Assembly: GCA_049968235.1 (NCBI GenBank)
Contig: JBMFRC010000011.1
Coordinates: forward strand, 32,001-96,000
Reading direction: 5' to 3'
Length of the DNA stretch: 64,000 bases
Source of the DNA: Candidatus Hydrogenedens sp.
GTDB taxonomy: Bacteria > Hydrogenedentota > Hydrogenedentia > Hydrogenedentales > Hydrogenedentaceae
The notes under the pieces were generated by a model. The model was given only the letters and a program-made list of their open reading frames with translations. It was not told where the DNA came from and did no database searches. Position numbers and translations under genes: made by a program. Below, piece by piece: positions 57,964 to 64,000 of this stretch (position 1 is the first letter of the stretch; every line of letters starts with the position of its first letter).

Positions 57964-59352
57964 ATGGATATGAAAAAAGACATTTCGTTGAATAAATTAG
58001 CGGAGAAATTGGGATTAATAAAAGCATCCCAACTCCACACTACCGAAGAAATATCTGAAAGAAGGAACCCAAACTCCAGCAACCCCAGTCCTTCTTCGAA
58101 TAGTTCTCCAGAACTATCAAAGATTCAAGGGACCTCTTCTTTACTTCAAAGATTACGAGAACGGCTTGGAATAACATCCGTAACCTCTTATCCTACGGAA
58201 AAACATCCCGCTCGTACATATAAAAAATCTATAGGTGGAACGCTTATTGATTGTAAAACGAGTCAGTGCCTTTATTTTTCTGAAATATATCCGCATCCCT
58301 ACACCTATGGCGAGGTTCTTCTTTCGGATGCACTACATTTTTCCGTACATGAAGCAAAAATCTCCTCAGCGGGAAATGAAATCGCAGAATTTAATCCCGA
58401 AAAAGCGTTGTTTATTGATACAGAAACAACTTCCTGTTTTGGAGGAACAGGAACCGTTGCTTTTCTTGTCGGTATTGGATATTTTGTGGGTAAGGACTTT
58501 CATCTGGAACAATTTTTTATGAGGGACTATGATGATGAACCTGCATTATTAACCGCACTGGATAAACGAATACAGAATGCTTCTCTATTTATAGGGTATA
58601 ACAGCAAATGTTTCGACCTGCCTTTGTTGCGAAATCGATATCGGATGAATCGTCTACCCTTCCATGGAGAAACGTTATCCCATTTCGACTTGATGCATGT
58701 GGCCCGCAGATTCTGGAATCGTCGTTTAAGTGATTGTTCCTTAAATACTGTAGAACGTTTCATCTTGAATATTCGAAGACAGGGAGATGTGCCGAGTTCC
58801 CTTATACCCCGGTTATGGCTGAATTATATTAATACAGGACAATCCCACGGGATACCTCGCATTTTAGAACATAATCAAAAAGATATACTATCTTTAGCAG
58901 GGCTTATGGCATGGATTGCCCAACGCGTTCAGATACCGAAAGGACAGGGGTTTGAAGAAATCATGGACCGTTGTGCTTTAATAAGACTACAAATGAAATG
59001 TGGTCATTATTCGGATGTGATTGAAACAGCAGAGGATTTGCTACAACAAACCGATTACCCTCCTATTCGAACAGAATGTTTAAAAATTCTTTCGGAAGTA
59101 TATAGGAAATTACAAAAAACAGAAGAACGAGAGCAAACCCTTATTCTCTGGGCAAAAGAAGAAAAAGAAAGTGTATTCCCAAGAATTGAATTGGCAAAAT
59201 TTTACGAACATCACCAAAAGCAATGGGACCACGCCCTTTACTGGACGGAACAGGCTCTGGAAATTGAACCTAAAAATACCCAGATTATTAAAAGAAGAGA
59301 ACGACTTTTACGAAAAATGAATTCTGCACAGAATTTAGAATATCTCGATTGA
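57964..59352 (+). CDS. RNase-H-like (YprB/MrfB-like) exonuclease with C-terminal TPR-like helical domain
   Basis: ALFIDTETTS...FFMRDYDDE...GYNSKCFDLPLL resembles the RNase_H_2 / DEDD-like fold found in YprB. Helical TPR-like C-terminus. Begins 5 nt after the helicase stop. Confidence 0.6.
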   Translation: MDMKKDISLNKLAEKLGLIKASQLHTTEEISERRNPNSSNPSPSSNSSPELSKIQGTSSLLQRLRERLGITSVTSYPTEKHPARTYKKSIGGTLIDCKTSQCLYFSEIYPHPYTYGEVLLSDALHFSVHEAKISSAGNEIAEFNPEKALFIDTETTSCFGGTGTVAFLVGIGYFVGKDFHLEQFFMRDYDDEPALLTALDKRIQNASLFIGYNSKCFDLPLLRNRYRMNRLPFHGETLSHFDLMHVARRFWNRRLSDCSLNTVERFILNIRRQGDVPSSLIPRLWLNYINTGQSHGIPRILEHNQKDILSLAGLMAWIAQRVQIPKGQGFEEIMDRCALIRLQMKCGHYSDVIETAEDLLQQTDYPPIRTECLKILSEVYRKLQKTEEREQTLILWAKEEKESVFPRIELAKFYEHHQKQWDHALYWTEQALEIEPKNTQIIKRRERLLRKMNSAQNLEYLD

Positions 59353-59380
59353 AATCGGAAAAATTGTTTTTTTATATTTG

Positions 59381-60787
59381 TTAATACGCCCCCTTTTTCC
59401 AGGGACAATCCACACATCGTGGATGAATAGAACAACCTGTCTTATACCATTGGATCAATGCTTGCTGTTCAAAAAACTTTAGAGGTTTTTGGCAAAATAG
59501 AAATTCTGCATGTGTTTTCATTCTTTTTAATAACCAGTGATTGTTTTCTCCGGGTAAACGATAATACATATCCCATATCCTTTCTTCTCTTTGTCCCCAG
59601 AGTCCTTCCTGGATACTAAATATGAAAAAGGGAAACAATATATTCCCTAATAGAGAATACATCCGTTTTCTCCCTATAAGAGCATGTGGGGTTTGATTTC
59701 TTTTCATTTCCCAGTTATTGTAATAAGACCAATAGTAGTGATGGGCATAAAAGACTCTTTCCCACAACATCACGGGAGAATTTATTTGCATACAACGATG
59801 TGCTAGAGAATATAAAAATTCAGAGAGGGAACCTTCTATTTTTGATAAGAAACTTACCATGTACGCTATTCGTAAAGCAGGGTTCGCATTAGGATATACC
59901 GAAGATATAACATAAGTATTATCTTCCTGTATAAGGTTTATGGATGAGTAATCCTGTCCATATTGCTTTCGAATATTTTCCAATACTAACGCATAGGAAT
60001 TTTTTAAATTTACTCCCTTTTGAAGATATCCTATTGTATGTAACAAGACCGATTCTAAGATACGCGGGTCTTCTTTTAACTGTTCTTTTGCCTGAGAATA
60101 GGGGATATATTGTGCTAATTTTAAGTACAAAGGGGCATATTTTGTTCCCATACCCAGTCCATAGAAAAGAAATTCATAAATGAGTTCGTCAAGCGATACC
60201 TCCCGGAATCGATAACGCATCTGTTCTACTCGATTAAGAACCCGTTGTTGTGCTAAAACACGGATAAATACTTCATAATCGAATTGAATTTGTTCGAGAC
60301 AGGGCGGAATTTTTAAAGAGGGAATATGACCGGTGTGTAGAGCATTTTCCGTATCATCATTTTGTTTGTCCCTGTAAAAATGAGGTAATACCAATGTAGG
60401 TATAGCATGCCCTTTAGAAGTAATGGCGGTAGTGAAATTCCTTTCTTTATATAACACAATATGCAATAAAACACGGTCATATCGGATATCCTTATGATGT
60501 CCATGTTGATACCAGTCCCCTGCTTTCGGGTGAATTTCTATATCTCCTCGGAAAGATAAGCCATTAATTTCCAGTAGAGCATCCTTAAAATCGGGACCTC
60601 CATATAAATTATGGTATCCTGGCGATAGAATACGAACCCGATGCCCTTCTTCCGTTTGCCATTCCTTAGCGGATGTTATGTTACGTAGCCATTTCTGTTG
60701 AACTTCATACTCATGAATACCCCCCCGTAAAACAGATACCTGGGGGCTTGTTTTTTCTACATATATTTTATAGAGACCCGTTGCCAT
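59381..60787 (-). CDS. DUF2851 family protein
   Basis: GGPDFKDALLEINGLSFRGDIEIHPKAGDWYQHGHH matches the conserved DUF2851 core (GPDF...W.G.VEIH...SDW..HGH). 468 aa. Confidence 0.5.
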   Translation of the reverse strand: MATGLYKIYVEKTSPQVSVLRGGIHEYEVQQKWLRNITSAKEWQTEEGHRVRILSPGYHNLYGGPDFKDALLEINGLSFRGDIEIHPKAGDWYQHGHHKDIRYDRVLLHIVLYKERNFTTAITSKGHAIPTLVLPHFYRDKQNDDTENALHTGHIPSLKIPPCLEQIQFDYEVFIRVLAQQRVLNRVEQMRYRFREVSLDELIYEFLFYGLGMGTKYAPLYLKLAQYIPYSQAKEQLKEDPRILESVLLHTIGYLQKGVNLKNSYALVLENIRKQYGQDYSSINLIQEDNTYVISSVYPNANPALRIAYMVSFLSKIEGSLSEFLYSLAHRCMQINSPVMLWERVFYAHHYYWSYYNNWEMKRNQTPHALIGRKRMYSLLGNILFPFFIFSIQEGLWGQREERIWDMYYRLPGENNHWLLKRMKTHAEFLFCQKPLKFFEQQALIQWYKTGCSIHPRCVDCPWKKGAY

Positions 60788-61659
60788 TCACCATCTTTCC
60801 ATTCCATCCGTTCACAATGTATGTTTTCTGGTGTTACTTCATATAATAAATAATGATGGATTTGATGTTCTATATTCAACCGGTTTTCCAACCGGGCTCC
60901 ACCACCTGCGGATATGGTATATCTTACTCCATCTATAATTTTTGATACAAACCCATGAACATGCCCCATAAAAACCTCCGTAACATTATTTTCTCTCATG
61001 ATTTTATAAAATTTTTGAGTACGATGATGCACCCCTCTTCCTTCCTCTGTCTTTACAAATACAGGGAGGTCTTCGGGCGGTTTATGCATAATCACATAAC
61101 GATATTTGACTCCCTCTTTTTTCAAATGTTTTTCCAGGAAGTCCAGTTGTTCTCGTGTAAATGACCAGAACGAATTGTTATTAAAACCCACAAATCGTGC
61201 TGGACCTAAATCAAAGCAAAATTGGTCGGTCTGGTATATTTTTAAAAATGCGGTATATTTTCGGTCGGGACCCTCTTCATGATTACCGGGAATCGGAATT
61301 ACGGGAATAGGATATATCAATTCTGCCATACGCAGATGATGGGCTAAATATTCTTCTACACGCCCTCTGCGAACAATATCTCCCGTCATTAAAACAAAGG
61401 AGGGCTTCTTTTCGGCTATCGAAAGAATAATATCTCGTGCTACTCGATAATCACCACGGGTATCCCCAAATACTGCAAATCGAAATTGACTTTCTTTTGT
61501 CCGTGATTCTTCTTTTAATCTTCTTATTACATCAGGAATATTATGCTTTGGGACATACGTTTCTAATTTTTTTAATTCATCTTCAGTAAGGGCTTCCCTC
61601 TTTCGACTCCAAGGAAATCCTCGTTGGATAAAGTCAAACCACACTTTTAAAATTTCCAT
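60757..61659 (-). CDS. Calcineurin-like metallophosphoesterase
   Basis: Blocks GDTRGD, MTGDIV, GNHE and GHVHGF. Its 3' end overlaps the DUF2851 start by ~30 nt on the same strand. Confidence 0.75.
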   Translation of the reverse strand: MEILKVWFDFIQRGFPWSRKREALTEDELKKLETYVPKHNIPDVIRRLKEESRTKESQFRFAVFGDTRGDYRVARDIILSIAEKKPSFVLMTGDIVRRGRVEEYLAHHLRMAELIYPIPVIPIPGNHEEGPDRKYTAFLKIYQTDQFCFDLGPARFVGFNNNSFWSFTREQLDFLEKHLKKEGVKYRYVIMHKPPEDLPVFVKTEEGRGVHHRTQKFYKIMRENNVTEVFMGHVHGFVSKIIDGVRYTISAGGGARLENRLNIEHQIHHYLLYEVTPENIHCERMEWKDGEWQRVSIKYM

Positions 61660-61810
61660 CTTGTAATTACCAATATTGTTTTAAATATTTTTTATTTTAC
61701 ATACAGGAAATAAAGGACACAGAAAATTTTGACTTTTTTTGTCACTTCTATATCCTTTTTATATCTTTGGATACCTAAAACTTTATTTCAGCATCTTTAA
61801 TTTTCAGGAT

Positions 61811-63484
61811 TTAACATTCAAAAACGGCACCCGTATCTGCACTTGTAACAAATTTCTGATATCTTTTCAGCCAACCCGTAAGTTTTCGGTCAGGGGGAGG
61901 AGGTAATTGTGCTTTTCTTCGCACTAATTCCGATTCATCTACCAATAGATTGATTTTTCGTGAAGGTATATCGATTTCAATCTTATCGCCATTTTGAACC
62001 AGGGCTATGGGTCCCCCTGCAGCCGCTTCGGGACTTACATGTCCAATACAGGCTCCACGGGTCCCTCCCGAAAAACGACCATCTGTAATTAAACTCACTG
62101 AATTCCCCAAACCTTTTCCCATAATGGCAGAGGTAGGTGCTAACATTTCACGCATACCGGGTCCTCCCTTGGGACCTTCGTAACGAATCACAACGACATC
62201 TCCCGGTTTAACCTTATCACTTAAAATACCCATCATGGCTTCTTCTTCGCTTTCAAAAACAACCGCAGGTCCTGTATGTTTCAAAATTGAAGGGTCAACT
62301 CCTGCCTGTTTAACTACAGAACCGTTGGGGGCTAAATTTCCAAATAGGACAGCCAACCCACCTGTAGGACTATATGGATTTTCAAGGGTGCGGATTACTT
62401 CCCTATCTTTAGAACGACAGCCCTGAATATTCTCCCCTAAGGTCCTTAATGTTACAGTCTTACAATCCAGATGTAGGGAACCCTCTTTAAGGGATAACTC
62501 TCCCAAAATGGCAGAAATTCCTCCTGCACGGTCTACATCTTCCATATGATATTTTGATGATGGAGATACCTTGCAGATATTGGGAACACGAGTAGATACC
62601 TCGTTAATTCGAGCAAAAGGATAATCTACTCCCGCTTCATGGGCTATTGCTAATGTATGTAATACCGTATTGGTAGAACCTCCCATTGCCATATCTAAAG
62701 CAAATGCATTGTCAATAGCTTCGCTGGTAATAATATCTCGGGGTTTCAGATCTGCTTCGACAAGTTTTAAAATCTGTCTACCTGCTTTACGAACCAATTC
62801 TTTCCTTTCGGGAGTATCTGCAAGAATAGAACCATTGCCGGGCAGAGCAATGCCAATGGCTTCACACAAACAGTTCATGGAATTGGCTGTGAACATTCCG
62901 GAACAGGAACCACATCCCGGACAGGCATTGCGTTCCAATTCCTCCAATTCTGCATCAGATAAATTTCCTTGCATATAACTTCCCACACCTTCAAAAACAC
63001 TTATTAAATCTACAATCTTTCCATCCTTTAATCGTCCAGCACGCATAGGACCCCCTGAAACAAATATAGTTGGTATATTGCACCGAACTGTTCCCATTAA
63101 CATTCCCGGAACAATCTTATCGCAATTAGGAATACATACCAATCCATCAAACGGATGTGCCTTTACCATAGTTTCAAGAGAATCAGCGATTAATTCACGG
63201 GAAGGAAGACTGTATTTCATACCCCCATGTCCCATTGCAATCCCATCATCGACACCAATTACATTGAACTCAAAAGGGATTCCACCTGCCTCAATTATGG
63301 CTTCTTTAACAATCTGACCCAATACATTAAGATGGACATGACCGGGAATAATCTCAACAAAACTATTACATACACCAATAAAAGGCTTGTTAAAGTCTGA
63401 TGAATGTTTTATTTTACCCGTAGCCCATAATAATGAGCGATGGGGAGCTCTTTCAAAACCTTTTTTAAAAATATCACTACGCAT
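61811..63484 (-). CDS. ilvD: Dihydroxy-acid dehydratase
   Basis: IlvD/EDD signatures [11 protein letters not shown] and [23 protein letters not shown]. 557 aa. Confidence 0.95.
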   Translation of the reverse strand: MRSDIFKKGFERAPHRSLLWATGKIKHSSDFNKPFIGVCNSFVEIIPGHVHLNVLGQIVKEAIIEAGGIPFEFNVIGVDDGIAMGHGGMKYSLPSRELIADSLETMVKAHPFDGLVCIPNCDKIVPGMLMGTVRCNIPTIFVSGGPMRAGRLKDGKIVDLISVFEGVGSYMQGNLSDAELEELERNACPGCGSCSGMFTANSMNCLCEAIGIALPGNGSILADTPERKELVRKAGRQILKLVEADLKPRDIITSEAIDNAFALDMAMGGSTNTVLHTLAIAHEAGVDYPFARINEVSTRVPNICKVSPSSKYHMEDVDRAGGISAILGELSLKEGSLHLDCKTVTLRTLGENIQGCRSKDREVIRTLENPYSPTGGLAVLFGNLAPNGSVVKQAGVDPSILKHTGPAVVFESEEEAMMGILSDKVKPGDVVVIRYEGPKGGPGMREMLAPTSAIMGKGLGNSVSLITDGRFSGGTRGACIGHVSPEAAAGGPIALVQNGDKIEIDIPSRKINLLVDESELVRRKAQLPPPPDRKLTGWLKRYQKFVTSADTGAVFEC

Positions 63485-63577
63485 ATCTCGATTCCTTGTT
63501 TTACAAGTTTATAAATTTAGATTTGAAAATTCTATCATATATATAATGTTAAAATAAAAGAAAAGGAAATATATGGA

Positions 63578-64000
63578 ATGCCATTTACTCCAATTAAAGA
63601 ACTCCCCGCCAATTTTAATCTCTTCTTAAGAAAAATAATTCATAATGAATCGTATCGTTTCGGTAAATATATACATGAGTTTCTTCCTTTCTTGAATCCA
63701 CTCACTTATACTCGCCTTATAGAACTTCCCTATATTGAATGCTTGCAGGATTCTTATTCCGGAAAAAATCCCTCCACTTTTATTATTGCTTCTTGTAATA
63801 ACCCAAATACTCGTCGTGAAGTACTCTTATTGGAACACCTTGAAAATGATAATCGGGATAACTTTGAACTTTTCATAAATGGACTTCTTCAATACTGGAG
63901 GGACCATCAGATACAGGAAATCATTTTTGATATTCCGGTTCCTATGTACTATTTTTTAGACCAAATTTTATGCCCATTATCTTTTCAATCTATACCCCGT
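63578..64000 (+). CDS. Hypothetical protein, 5' partial at window edge (141 codons, no stop)
   Basis: ATG 63578 preceded by AAAAGGAAAT. The reading frame stays open to the end of the window. Not in the supplied ORF track. Confidence 0.35.
   Translation, partial: MPFTPIKELPANFNLFLRKIIHNESYRFGKYIHEFLPFLNPLTYTRLIELPYIECLQDSYSGKNPSTFIIASCNNPNTRREVLLLEHLENDNRDNFELFINGLLQYWRDHQIQEIIFDIPVPMYYFLDQILCPLSFQSIPR

Noticed and set aside
55655-59352. Possible DISARM-like (DrmA) anti-phage locus, because of the helicase plus DUF1998 domain
   Set aside because: No DrmB, DrmC (PLD), SNF2 or methyltransferase gene is adjacent, and the neighbours are housekeeping. The downstream gene is an RNase-H-like/TPR exonuclease, exactly as in the MrfA/MrfB repair pair.

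Overview
Low-GC (~38-40%) bacterial chromosomal window. The coding density, Shine-Dalgarno sites and rho-independent hairpins fit a free-living bacterium. The first gene encodes a DUF1559 / H-X9-DG prepilin-like protein, a family abundant in Planctomycetes-Verrucomicrobia-like and related candidate phyla. I cannot place the lineage more precisely from sequence alone.

Housekeeping core:
- 2-oxoacid dehydrogenase E2 plus dihydrolipoyl dehydrogenase (E3).
- ClpB.
- RpoN (sigma-54).
- Membrane H+-pyrophosphatase.
- RNase III with acpP.
- CCA-adding enzyme.
- Polyprenyl diphosphate synthase.
- IlvD.
- An ECF sigma / zinc-finger anti-sigma pair.
- A MrfA/MrfB-like DUF1998-helicase / RNase-H-like exonuclease pair.

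Accessory-looking content:
- Three Gfo/Idh/MocA oxidoreductases.
- A YfhO-like membrane protein.
- A translationally coupled operon of unknown genes ending in a GMC oxidoreductase.
- A secreted GH99/WbsX-like protein.
- A 1122-aa secreted protein built of calmodulin-like EF-hand modules. These are joined by perfectly periodic (xPEG)n linkers, and the protein ends in a duplicated C-terminal motif I cannot place.
- A 2619-aa surface protein with a CARDB-like domain, 11 PKD-like repeats and one FN3-like domain.
- A compact cassette: PlsC-like acyltransferase, SCP2-like protein, class-III aminotransferase, split transketolase, and a paralogous SCP2-like protein.

Two further points are directly readable. 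A textbook sigma-54 -24/-12 element sits immediately upstream of clpB. A thioredoxin-like gene is broken by a +1 frameshift in a T10 homopolymer.

I found no transposase, integrase, CRISPR array, tRNA or rRNA. The most novel-looking material is the EF-hand/(xPEG)n protein with its unknown C-terminal module and small partner, and the SCP2-bracketed aminotransferase/transketolase cassette. Both are hypotheses that need a database comparison I cannot run.
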